Source: Thecamonas trahens ATCC 50062
Lineage: Eukaryota; Protista; Apusomonadida
NCBI RefSeq assembly: GCF_000142905.1
Contig: NW_013657639.1
Span: 35,469-99,468, forward strand
Reading direction: 5' to 3'
Length of the DNA stretch: 64,000 nt
In this document: in pieces, positions 46,568 to 56,538 of the stretch
Numbering within the stretch: position 1 is the first letter of the stretch
Layout of the letters: the number at the start of each line of letters is the position of its first letter
Notes under the pieces: model-generated
Databases searched by the model: none
Seen by the model: the letters and a program-made list of their open reading frames with translations, nothing else
What the model was told of the DNA's origin: nothing
Made by a program: the position numbers and the translations under genes

Positions 46568-46915
46568 GGCTCGAGTTGGCGATGAGATGAGTGTGTCCCG
46601 GTGCCGGTGTTGACGATCGCGAGAAGTTGCGATAGGGAAGGGATGGAAGGGGATTGAGGGAGGGGGAGGCAATAGGAAGACGTAGTGGGAAGGGGATGGG
46701 GGGGCGAGGGGGGGATGGGGGAGATGAGGGGAGGGAAGGGCAAGGGTTCTGAACGGGAGAAGGGTTGAGGTAAGGGGGCTGGGTGAGGGACACAAAAATT
46801 TGTCAGCATGACCACGTGCTAGCAACAAGGCCTTCAGGGGAACGGCCACAACAAAGCCGAAGCTGGCAGGACGGGAGGACGGGGGGGAGCGGGCGGTGAG
46901 GCGGTGGAAGCAGGC

Positions 46916-49630
46916 GCAGAGAGCATTCTCCTCTCTCTCAGCAAGTCACGCCAAGGGAGCACAACATGCACTTGCTTGCTGCTTGTCTCCTGGCGGCGGC
47001 TGTCATGGCTATGGTCGTTCGGGTGGATGGCCATTCTGCCTGGCTCTGTCCCAAGCCGCGCTCGCCCTCGACTGGGCTCAAGGTAAGGGCAGGGGGGGGG
47101 GGGAGGGGGGGGGGGGGGCTCGATGGTAGTCGATATCACTCACTCACATGGCGTGTACGGACGGACGGGGTGCCCATGACATGCTGCTGATGTTGATGGG
47201 GACAGGACTATCCGTGCGGACGTAGCGTCTTCAACAAGTGGGACGGGCCATGGACCTCGGTGGCGCCCGGCAAGCTCACTGTGTCCTGGCATGAGACCAT
47301 CAACCGTACGTCTACATCCTCCTTGGCACCCCATGATCCGTCCGTCATCGCATTCATCGCTTTACTCACCCTCATCCCCCTCCCTCCCGGCCTCGCCTCC
47401 CCCACAGACAACGGCGCGCCGTATCGCATCGCACTCTCACTCGGATCCGGCCCCGACGGGCTGGTGGGTGATTGCACCTTTGAGGACGTGGTCCTTGCTG
47501 ATCACATTCCGCACTGGGACATGGCATCGTCGGACAAGACATACTACTTTACGGTCGACATTCCGAACGTGGACGCGCCGTTTGCCACGCTCCAGCTCCT
47601 CAATCCGATGACTGACAAGCTAATGGGCACCTCGTGCTCGACGATCGGCAACGTGGATGATCCCGAGTGCTTCTCGGTCTACCACTCGTGCGCGTCGATC
47701 AGCATCACTGGCACCACGCCAGTCGCCGACTTTCTGGCCTCGTACACGTACACCACGCCGCCTGGCCTGCCGGCGCCGCCGACGCCAAATGCATGGAGCA
47801 AGGGAGAGAGCGGGACGTGGACCAACGGCTGGCTCCAGGGCCAGAGTACGACGGTCCACGGCGACGCATGCACCGAGTCGACGGCGCCGGCCAACTGGCG
47901 GACGTTCCATGGAACGTGCGCAGACTGCGGATACCCGAGCACATGTGGCGTTGATCGGCCGCCGTCGCCGCCCGCGCCGCCGCCGCCACCTGGCTCGACG
48001 TCCTCTTCAGGTTCAACCTCATCGGGCTCCAGCACGGCGTCTGGCAATCCAGCACAGACCCAGTCTCCGTCGAGTACTGATGACGACAAGGTCCTGGGCA
48101 TGTCCAGGACAGCATTTGGCGGCGTCCTTGCAGGCATCGTCATCGTCATTGTTGTCATCGGCGGCGCGGTTGCATTCATCGTCCACCGCGCCCGATCGTC
48201 TGCTTCATCGCTCGCGATGCCTGCCTACCAAGCAGCAGACACAGATGCCGTCGCTCTCAACAACCGTTTTTAACTCGCCCCCGCCGCCGTCTGCCTCGGG
48301 CGGACCCACTCAAGCCATTTCTTCCCAGCCTCCCCCTCCCTTCTCCTAACTAGCTCTGCCTCTTCCACTAGCGAGGCATGCTCCCAAGCTCAATCTCAAC
48401 CTCTTGCTGCATCTACAGCGCCCGCAAGTCGAACTCAGTGCCTCTGCAACAAACCGTCGCGTATTTTTCTTTCTCTGTGGTCTCTTTCACGTGAATCCCT
48501 GCCTTTTCCAGCAGCAACCAGACCACAGGTGAGAGAGTGAACAGCAGAGACGGGGAGGGGCAGAGAGCATTCTCCTCTCTCAGCAAGTCACGCCAAGGGA
48601 GCACAACATGCGCTTGCTTGCTGCTTGTCTCCTGGCGGCGGCTGTCATGGCTATGGTCGTTCGGGTGGATGGCCATTCTGCCTGGCTCTGTCCCAAGCCG
48701 CGCTCGCCCTCGACTGGGCTCAAGGTAAGGGCAGGGGGGGAGGGGAGGGGGGGGGGGGGGGCTCGATGGTAGTCGATATCACTCACTCACATGGCGTGTA
48801 CGGACGGACGGGGTGCCCATGACATGCTGCTGATGTTGATGGGGACAGGACTATCCGTGCGGACGTAGCGTCTTCAACAAGTGGGACGGGCCATGGACCT
48901 CGGTGGCGCCCGGCAAGCTCACTGTGTCCTGGCATGAGACCATCAACCGTACGTCTACATCCTCCTTGGCACCCCATGATCCGTCCGTCATCGCATTCAT
49001 CGCTTTACTCACCCTCATCCCCCTCCCTCCCGGCCTCGCCTCCCCCACAGACAACGGCGCGCCGTATCGCATCGCACTCTCACTCGGATCCGGCCCCGAC
49101 GGGCTGGTGGGTGATTGCACCTTTGAGGACGTGGTCCTTGCTGATCACATTCCGCACTGGGACATGGCATCGTCGGACAAGACATACTACTTTACGGTCG
49201 ACATTCCGAACGTGGACGCGCCGTTTGCCACGCTCCAGCTCCTCAATCCGATGACTGACAAGCTAATGGGCACCTCGTGCTCGACGATCGGCAACGTGGA
49301 TGATCCCGAGTGCTTCTCGGTCTACCACTCGTGCGCGTCGATCAGCATCACTGGCACCACGCCAGTCGCCGACTTTCTGGCCTCGTACACGTACACCACG
49401 CCGCCTGGCCTGCCGGCGCCGCCGACGCCAAATGCATGGAGCAAGGGAGAGAGCGGGACGTGGACCAACGGCTGGCTCCAGGGCCAGAGTACGACGGTCC
49501 ACGGCGACGCATGCACCGAGTCGACGGCGCCGGCCAACTGGCGGACGTTCCATGGGACGTGCGCAGACTGCGGATACCCGAGCACATGTGGCGTTGATCG
49601 GCCGCCGTCGCCGCCCGCGCCGCCGCCGCC
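46916..49630 (+). repeat. Direct segmental duplication: ~46916-47987 nearly identical to ~48560-49630 (offset ~1643 bp)
   Basis: Side-by-side reading. Differences are limited to CT-tract length, codon 2, the poly-G tract and a synonymous GGA/GGG change. Confidence 0.95.
46966..48273 (+). CDS. Histidine-brace (LPMO-like) type I membrane protein, copy A; exons 46966-47082, 47206-47305, 47408-48273 (360 aa)
   Basis: Signal peptide ending VDG|H; mature HSAWLCPKPR..GLKDYPCG..PGKLTVSWHETINHNGAPYRIAL..VDIPNV..ATLQLLNPM..YHSCA; Pro/Ser stalk, TM helix, short tail. Introns GTAAGG..CAG and GTACGT..CAG. Confidence 0.8.
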
Positions 49631-49862
49631 GGCCACCGACGCCGGCCAGACTGTGTCGGGGAACAAGAACGAGGATGTGATGGGCATGTCAAAGGCCGCG
49701 TTTGGCCTCGTCATGGTCGTCATTGTGGTGGCCGTCTTTGTCATCGGCGCCGCTGTTGGGTTCATCGTTTATCGGGCCAAGACCGCATCGCCGGCGTTCG
49801 CGCCCAGGCCCGCCGGCGAGGCCGGCACAGCAGGCGCGGTCTCGATGCCTGACCGGTTCTAA
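48608..49862 (+). CDS. Histidine-brace (LPMO-like) type I membrane protein, copy B; exons 48608-48724, 48849-48948, 49051-49862 (342 aa)
   Basis: Mature ectodomain identical to copy A; shorter stalk, diverged TM and tail. Confidence 0.8.
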
Positions 49863-50027
49863 GCCTGCTGCTGTGACACGCCTGCCACGGCAAGCTAAAC
49901 ACCTTTCACGCCGATCGTGGCTACCATTGCATGGTTGCTATGCGGGTCAGAGGCAGAGCGGCGTGCGTGTGCTGCTGATGCACGGGTGTGGCAGTGAGTG
50001 CGGCAACTTGCTCGCTTTTACTACGGC

Positions 50028-50679
50028 TTAGTTGATCTTCTTGCGGAAGCTGGCGCCCTCCTGGAGCGAGACGGCACCGCCAGTCGGCTGGCAGAGGACC
50101 TGGTTGCACGAAGCGCAGTAGATGACCGACTGGGCGTGCGAGAAGACGGTAGTGATGGCGATGCAGCCAGGGCACTTGACATCCATGAAGAACGAGTTCG
50201 GCGAGGCCACAAGACGCTTCATCTTGTGCTTGCGGGCCTCATCGGCGGGCGCCGGGTTGGTCATGTCGAGCGACGAGAACTGTGGGTGTGACGAGGGAGA
50301 GAGGCAGAGGGTGAGCGGAGGGGTGAGGGGACTGGCAGCGGAACGGTTGGTTGGAGGCTTAAGGACGCCAGGCCCTGGGGAGGACAGAAAAGGGACAAAG
50401 ACAGCCTGGTCGACCACGAGTGGGGCAGGGAATAGACAGCGGACAATTAGCGGGCATGCCTCTTATGTCAGCGGTCTGCCAGCAAGCCCAGTGCGTTGGG
50501 AGAGGCGGTGCGCGGGCATGGGGGGTGTGCGGCAGGGGGGACGGGGAGGCCGCGAGTCATACAAAACAAATGCCAGGCGAGGGGAGGACGGGTGGGGGGC
50601 TACGGGAGGGAAGGGGGGAGAAAGAGTTGGTGGAAGGGGACAAGGAGGTGGAAGGGGGTAAGACGCGGCGTACGGGCAT
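50028..50679 (-). CDS. RPS27: 40S ribosomal protein S27 (eS27); micro-exon ATGCCC 50679-50674, intron 50673-50280, exon 50279-50028 (85 aa)
   Basis: [45 protein letters not shown]; GTACGC..CAG phase-0 intron gives [11 protein letters not shown]. Confidence 0.93.
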
Positions 50680-51195
50680 GATGTCTGTGGTGGGGTGGGT
50701 TGGGTAGTGAGTATGGGGCCAGGGAGGGTGGGCTGGAGACGGCAGGATCGGGTCGGCGGTCATCCAAAAATAAGACCAAAGGCAGGCGGGGGTGGACAGA
50801 GGCAAGGGGGGTATGCAGTGTGTGTATGCAAGGAGGGTCAGGGGGGGGTGAAGGAGGTGGAGGGGGTGTATGACATGAATTCTTGGTGGGTGGGTCGGTG
50901 GTGGGAGTCGGTGTCTGGTGACGACGTGGGTACATACATGAGCAAAGAGGTGTGGTGGTCGCTGTGTGTGATGGCTGCTCCGAGCAACGAGTGCGAATGA
51001 TTGAAGGAATCATCGATGGAAACAATGGTCTCATCCAATGAATGCCTCTGCGAACGGATTGGCCGACGCCGATCCGAATCGAACAATGACCACTCAGCAC
51101 AGACAACGAGTCACTATCGTAGGTGTGACGACGGAGAGACAAGCCACGACTAGCTTACGCGCACCACACCCAATGGTAGGGCAGGATCTTTTCTT

Positions 51196-53160
51196 TCATT
51201 CGCTGGTCATCTTCTCCACCCACGCCCACCGGTACTGTCGCGAGTCGACGGGACGGACGAGGAGGCGGACGCGGGACGAGCCAGAGGCAAAGATCGAGGC
51301 TGCGACGGCGCCGATGCCGGCGGGCGCGCCCGCGGCCCGCGAGTAGGCGGCCGAGGTGAGGTAGCCGACGATTGCGCGAGACGAGCGCGANNNNNNNNNN
51401 NNNNNNNNNNNNNNNNNNNNNNNNNNNNNNNNNNNNNNNNNNNNNNNNNNNNNNNNNNNNNNNNNNNNNNNNNNNNNNNNNNNNNNNNNNCGGGCGAACG
51501 AGCCGCGCGAGACAAGGCTGACTCTGACGCGGACGGTCTCGCCGGCGACAAGGGCCCAGTCGGGTGCAAACGGGGCCGGCGAGCCGATGAGCCCAAAGTT
51601 GACCCGCTTGGACGGCGGCCGGGCGCGCCAGTGCGCCTCGGCCGCCGCAGCCTGCGAAGCGCAGAGCGCGGCGTACGCCCGGCTGCCGACGTAGTCAAAC
51701 GGAAAGGCGGCGGCACCGGCCTCGGTAGCCACCGCTGCGGCGTCGTCATGCCCGATGGCTCGTGCGCCGGCATACACCATCGCGAGCATAAAGGCCTTGC
51801 CGTAGCCGCGCGGGACGACAAGGTCAAACCCCGCGCCGTAGCCGTGCGGTCCGAGCGCCGGCCGCTGGACGACCATGACCGGGACGGGCGCAGCGAGGGG
51901 CGAGCCCGACTGCGCGGCAGCGGCCACAAACTCGGGCGTGCCCCCCCCGAGTACCGAGCCGCGCAGCGCGTTGACGTCGGCAGTCGACGGAACGGCGGCG
52001 GCGAGGGCTGCTCGTTCGGCGCTCGAGACGAGCGTGCGGCGGACGCTGGCGTCGCTGGCGGTGCCCGGCCAGTTGCTGACAAGCTGGCTGTTTGCATGCG
52101 AGACGCCCATGGCCGGCCGCGGCGGAAGCCCACTTTTGGCCGATGCCCACTGCCCACGGCGCGCCGGCGAGATGCTTGGCGGCGGCTTGCGGAAGACCAG
52201 CAGCCGCGGGTCGGTGATGCCGGCGGTGAGCACAGCCCGCGCAGGAAGCGAGTCTGGCGAGTGCAGCTGCGCGAGGACCGTACCGGCGCCGCTGGCCTCG
52301 CCGAGAAGCAGCGCCAGAATCCGGTTACTCCGCGGGCCGAAGAGGGTGAACCGGCAGAGCTCGCCGGGCAGGAGGTGCTCGACGGTGGTGCCAGGCACCG
52401 AGGCTGCGGCGGATGCGAGTACGTCGGTAGCGTCGGCAGCAAGCGCGGGATGGAGGGTGAGCCACAGGCAGTTGTCGGCCATCCACACGCCGGTTGTTGG
52501 GCCGAGGCACCCGCCACCGGGCGCGGCAAGGCCAAAGTCGACGCCGCGCTCGCCAGACATGGCAGCGAGGACGCGGGCAGCTCCATCTGGCGTGGCAGCC
52601 AAGAGCGGGAGAACGGCGGCGGCAGCGGCGGCCGACGCAAACGAGATGGCGGCGGTGCGGACAAACGAAATGTCACGGACAAGCGCCTCGGTGGCGGCAG
52701 CCTTGACCACATACCGCGCGCCCTTGTCGGTAGAGGTAAGCGCCATGCGAACGCCCCAAATAGTGGCCATGTGCATGCGCTTGGCGTGCCACACGTGAGT
52801 CTCCAGCCAGAACGCCTTGCCCGCCCGGCGTGTATAGTCAACGATCGAGTTGGGCCGCCGCCGCCTCTTGCGCGACGGCTTGTCGGCCGCCGCCGCCGGC
52901 TTGACCTCGAGTTGGGCCGCAAACCTCAGCCGCTTGGGCAGCCGCTTGACGTTGTGCGAGGCGGTGCGGCGGCGGAGGTAGCGCGGCAGCTTCTGGAACG
53001 CACGCTGGCCATCCGTGGTGATGGTATTGGCCTCGAGCATGGCGTTGATCTCCGCCAGGCGCACCGCAGCAAACTGGATGGGCTGGAGAATGGTCGGGTC
53101 CGACAACATACTCAGCGAGCCGGTCATCTTCACGCTCGAGTTTTTCTCTGTCCGATCCAT
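51196..53160 (-). CDS. POP1: RNase P/MRP protein subunit POP1 (spans gap 51391-51490)
   Basis: FQKLPRYLRRRTASHNVKRLP, WLETHVWHAKRMHM, FPFDY, RPPSKRVNF..GSPAPFAPDW, IVGYLTS; start uncertain (53160 or 53127). Confidence 0.92.
   Translation of the reverse strand: MDRTEKNSSVKMTGSLSMLSDPTILQPIQFAAVRLAEINAMLEANTITTDGQRAFQKLPRYLRRRTASHNVKRLPKRLRFAAQLEVKPAAAADKPSRKRRRRPNSIVDYTRRAGKAFWLETHVWHAKRMHMATIWGVRMALTSTDKGARYVVKAAATEALVRDISFVRTAAISFASAAAAAAVLPLLAATPDGAARVLAAMSGERGVDFGLAAPGGGCLGPTTGVWMADNCLWLTLHPALAADATDVLASAAASVPGTTVEHLLPGELCRFTLFGPRSNRILALLLGEASGAGTVLAQLHSPDSLPARAVLTAGITDPRLLVFRKPPPSISPARRGQWASAKSGLPPRPAMGVSHANSQLVSNWPGTASDASVRRTLVSSAERAALAAAVPSTADVNALRGSVLGGGTPEFVAAAAQSGSPLAAPVPVMVVQRPALGPHGYGAGFDLVVPRGYGKAFMLAMVYAGARAIGHDDAAAVATEAGAAAFPFDYVGSRAYAALCASQAAAAEAHWRARPPSKRVNFGLIGSPAPFAPDWALVAGETVRVRVSLVSRGSFAXXXXXXXXXXXXXXXXXXXXXXXXXXXXXXXXXXSRSSRAIVGYLTSAAYSRAAGAPAGIGAVAASIFASGSSRVRLLVRPVDSRQYRWAWVEKMTSE
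51391..51490. other. Assembly gap (100 N)
   Basis: N run. Confidence 0.98.
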
Positions 53161-53621
53161 GCTGTGTGAGTGTGCATGCCGTGGCAACTCATGCCGAGGG
53201 CATCGGCCACGGGACGGCCGGCGGGCACATCCGGTCCGGTCCGTCCATCCATAAAGGACGTGCCAGGCCATCTCTTTCAGGCTGCATGGCACCACCACCA
53301 TGGCTGCAGCTCCATGAAGACATCATCAAAGGACATCATGACAACGACATCATTATAGAGGTATCATGCGAGTGGTCATCATTGTCCATATGCCCGCCCA
53401 TCACCACCACCACCACCACCACCACCACCACCACCACAGACGGTGCACAACACGCCACCAGCCCCCCATTCCCCCCCACACACACACAAACATATACACA
53501 CACACAATCATCATCATCATGGGCACGTACGCCTCTTGGCATGCCTCCGTGACTTGGCGTTCATGCCTACACACTGCGTCCAAACCACGGGCACTCCCCC
53601 AAAGACGAGTGACCACACAGC

Positions 53622-53795
53622 TGACCACCGACCACCGACCACCGACCACCGACCCACCGACCTCCGACCGACCAACCACAACCCACCGACCACCGACCAC
53701 CGACCACCGACCACCGTCCCACCGACCACCGACCACAACCCACCGACCACCGACCACCGACCGACCGACCACAACCCACCGACCACTGACCGACC
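53622..53795. repeat. Degenerate 7-bp microsatellite (ACCGACC)n
   Basis: Read directly. Confidence 0.85.
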
Positions 53796-53893
53796 TCCGC
53801 TTGCCGCCCGCACACCCCCCCACACACTCTCTCTTCATCAACTGACTTCTGGAGATCCCATCGATAACGCCATCCAGTGCAGATCCCGATCCT

Positions 53894-53952
53894 CCCCAAC
53901 CCCAACCCCAACCCCAACCCCAACCCCAACCCCAACCCCAACCCCAACCCCA
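53894..53952. repeat. (CCCCAA)9 telomere-like / G-quadruplex-forming repeat
   Basis: Nine perfect units, ~70 bp upstream of the PLAA ATG. Confidence 0.92.
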
Positions 53953-54023
53953 CAGTGCGACCCGGCGACAAGTCGCCAACCTTCCACCAACCACCACCAC
54001 CACCCCACTCACCCCCGCTCAGC

Positions 54024-56306
54024 ATGGCTGCTGCAGGATACCGTTTGTCTGCACAGGTGGGCGGGCACTCCAAGGACGTGCGGTGCGTGGCGGCGCTCTC
54101 GTCGTCGACCATTGCCACCGGCTCGCGCGACGCCACCATCATCATCTGGCACAACGTACCTGAGACCACCACATGGGAGCCCATGCGGACGCTCTACGGT
54201 CACGAGCACTTTGTAGCTGCACTGGCTGTCCTTGGCCCGCCTAGCCTGGTTGCTGCCTCTGGATCGGATGAGCCGGCTCCGCTGGACGAGGCGGACTCAG
54301 TCCTGCCGCTCCTCGCCTCGGCTGCCTACGACAACACGGTTATGATCTGGGACTCGGCTGCGGGCGTGCCGCTCGCTCGGCTGGAGGGCCACACGGGCAA
54401 CGTATGCTCGCTGGTGGTGGCCCCTGGCGGCGAGCTGATCTCCGGCTCGTGGGACGCCACTGCCCGCGTCTGGGCTCCGTCCGACGGCCACTCGGCCCAC
54501 GGCCCGGCCTCACGCTGCGTCTCGGTCCTCGAGGGCCACGAAGGCTCAGTCCTGGCCCTTCTAGCTGATTCTCGCCGCGGGCTGCCGCTGGTTGTCTCGG
54601 CCGGCTCGGACAAGACGCTGCGGGTGTGGAACGCAGCGACCTGGGCCTGCTCCGCCGTCCTCCGCGGGCACGACGACGTGGTCCGCGGCCTGGCGCTCGC
54701 TGGTGGCCCAGACTCGGACCTGGTTGCCTCGGTTGCCAACGATGGCATGGTCAAGATGTGGTCGATGACCTCGGGTGCATGTGTCCGCACTCTTGGTGGC
54801 GCCCACTCAAACCTGGTGTTTGCACTGGCTGCCCTACCGTGGTCCTCGGCGGCAGCACCGTCGCTGGTCACCGGTTCGGAGGACAAGTCGGTGGTGGTCT
54901 GGTCCGAGGCCGAGCCGCTGCAGACCATTGCCTTCCCCACCACGGTGTGGGCGGTGGCGGCACTGCCGAACGGCGACTTTGTCGCAGGCTGCGCTGACGG
55001 CATCGCACGCATCTTCACGGCCTCGGACGCGCGCATCGCCTCCGACGATGAGCTCGCCGCCTTTGAGGACTACGCCTCGGCGGCTGCGCTTGTCTCGGGC
55101 GGACAGCAGGTCAAGCTCGACGAGCTCGACGACATTTCGCAGCTGACGGTTGTCGAGGGCGCCCGTGACGGCGAGACCAAGCTCTTCCGCGACGGCTCCA
55201 AGGCTGTCGCCTACTCGTGGTCCGCCGCATCCGGCGCATGGGTTCTCATCGGCGACGTTGTGTCGGGGCCCGGCGGCAAGGAAATGCTCAACGGCAAGTA
55301 CTACGACTGTGTGTTCGAGGTCGACGCCGGCGACGGCAACGGCAACTACAAGCTTGGCTACAACCACGGTGAGAACGAGTACGACGTCGCCACCCGTTTT
55401 TGCGCCGAAAACGGTCTCCACCCGCAGTTTATCGAGCAGGTTGCGCAGTTTATCCGCACCAACGCCGCGCCGCAGACGCTCGCCATGGGCGCAACTGAGC
55501 CGGCGTGGACCCGTCTGGGCCTCTCCTCGGCCCATTTTCCGGTCACTGCCCCGGCGTTCTTCATGGCCGCCAAGGGCCTCTCCCGCGCCGCAGACAAGCT
55601 CGCCGCAGACACCGACGCCGACGCCGACGCTCTCTCTGACCTTGCCGCTGTCCTCGCTGACGTCGGCCGCTACCACTCGTCGGTTCTTCCCACGGCGTGG
55701 ATCGAGGCCCTGCTTGCCGCTCTCGCCGCTGCACCCAACGGCTCCAAGTTTGCCGCCTACGACCTCCTCCGCATGCTTGTCCTCCACCCGAGCGGCGCCA
55801 CCTACTTTGCCGCCGCCCCAGGCGAGCTGGTCGGCATTGTCGCCGATGGTGTCGCCTCGGGCTCAGGCCCGCGCCGCATGCTTGCCCTCCGCCTCGCTGT
55901 CAACGCCTTCAAAGCCCTGGTCCTCCGTCCCGACATGCTTGCCAGCGCCGATCAGCTGCTGGCTCTCGTCGCCGGCCTCGTCGACCCGGCCGCCATCGCC
56001 TCGCCCAAAGAGCTCACCGCTGCGCTCGGCGTCGTCGTCGGCTACGCTGGCCTTGCCACCGACCTGGCCGCCGACCGCATCCGCGACCTGGCCGCCATCG
56101 TCAAAACCGTCCTCGAACGCAACGACGACGGCCTCGCCTTCCGCGCCCTCACCGCCTGGGGCACCTGCCTCGTCAAGGCGCCGTCGCACGCAGTCGACAT
56201 TGCCGTCTCTGCGGGCCTCCTCACCGCCGTCTCCAGCTACGTCTCGGACCACGCCCAGATGCAGAGCATCCTTGCCGACATCAAGGCCTTTTCTGGCTCT
56301 GGATAA
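54024..56306 (+). CDS. PLAA: Phospholipase A2-activating protein / Doa1/Ufd3 (WD40 + PFU + PUL)
   Basis: YRLSAQVGGHSKDVR, WD40 repeats, PFU NGKYYDCVFEVD..KLGYN..ENEYDVATRF..IEQVAQFIRTN, PUL helical C-terminus. Confidence 0.93.
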   Translation: MAAAGYRLSAQVGGHSKDVRCVAALSSSTIATGSRDATIIIWHNVPETTTWEPMRTLYGHEHFVAALAVLGPPSLVAASGSDEPAPLDEADSVLPLLASAAYDNTVMIWDSAAGVPLARLEGHTGNVCSLVVAPGGELISGSWDATARVWAPSDGHSAHGPASRCVSVLEGHEGSVLALLADSRRGLPLVVSAGSDKTLRVWNAATWACSAVLRGHDDVVRGLALAGGPDSDLVASVANDGMVKMWSMTSGACVRTLGGAHSNLVFALAALPWSSAAAPSLVTGSEDKSVVVWSEAEPLQTIAFPTTVWAVAALPNGDFVAGCADGIARIFTASDARIASDDELAAFEDYASAAALVSGGQQVKLDELDDISQLTVVEGARDGETKLFRDGSKAVAYSWSAASGAWVLIGDVVSGPGGKEMLNGKYYDCVFEVDAGDGNGNYKLGYNHGENEYDVATRFCAENGLHPQFIEQVAQFIRTNAAPQTLAMGATEPAWTRLGLSSAHFPVTAPAFFMAAKGLSRAADKLAADTDADADALSDLAAVLADVGRYHSSVLPTAWIEALLAALAAAPNGSKFAAYDLLRMLVLHPSGATYFAAAPGELVGIVADGVASGSGPRRMLALRLAVNAFKALVLRPDMLASADQLLALVAGLVDPAAIASPKELTAALGVVVGYAGLATDLAADRIRDLAAIVKTVLERNDDGLAFRALTAWGTCLVKAPSHAVDIAVSAGLLTAVSSYVSDHAQMQSILADIKAFSGSG

Positions 56307-56471
56307 TACATCGCCCCCCCCCCCTCCCCCCCTCGGGTACCGTGTCGTCACTCTCGCCCAAAACCAAAACTGCATCAATCTCCCCAATTAGCCAAAACAA
56401 CACACAACGCCGCTGACCAACCTCACTTCCCCTTTACCCCACACCCACACACCCCACACACACACCCCACA

Positions 56472-56473
<2 letters not shown>

Positions 56474-56518
<45 letters not shown>

Positions 56519-56530
56519 GCACACACACAC
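56474..56530. repeat. (CA)n microsatellite directly upstream of ATG 56539
   Basis: Read directly. Confidence 0.9.
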
Positions 56531-56538
56531 GCCACCCC

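Noticed and set aside
46916-49630. LTR or transposon-derived direct repeats
   Set aside because: The repeats are intron-containing gene copies; no transposase, reverse transcriptase, terminal inverted repeats or target-site duplication is seen.
53894-53952. True chromosome end
   Set aside because: Only nine units, flanked on both sides by conserved housekeeping genes.
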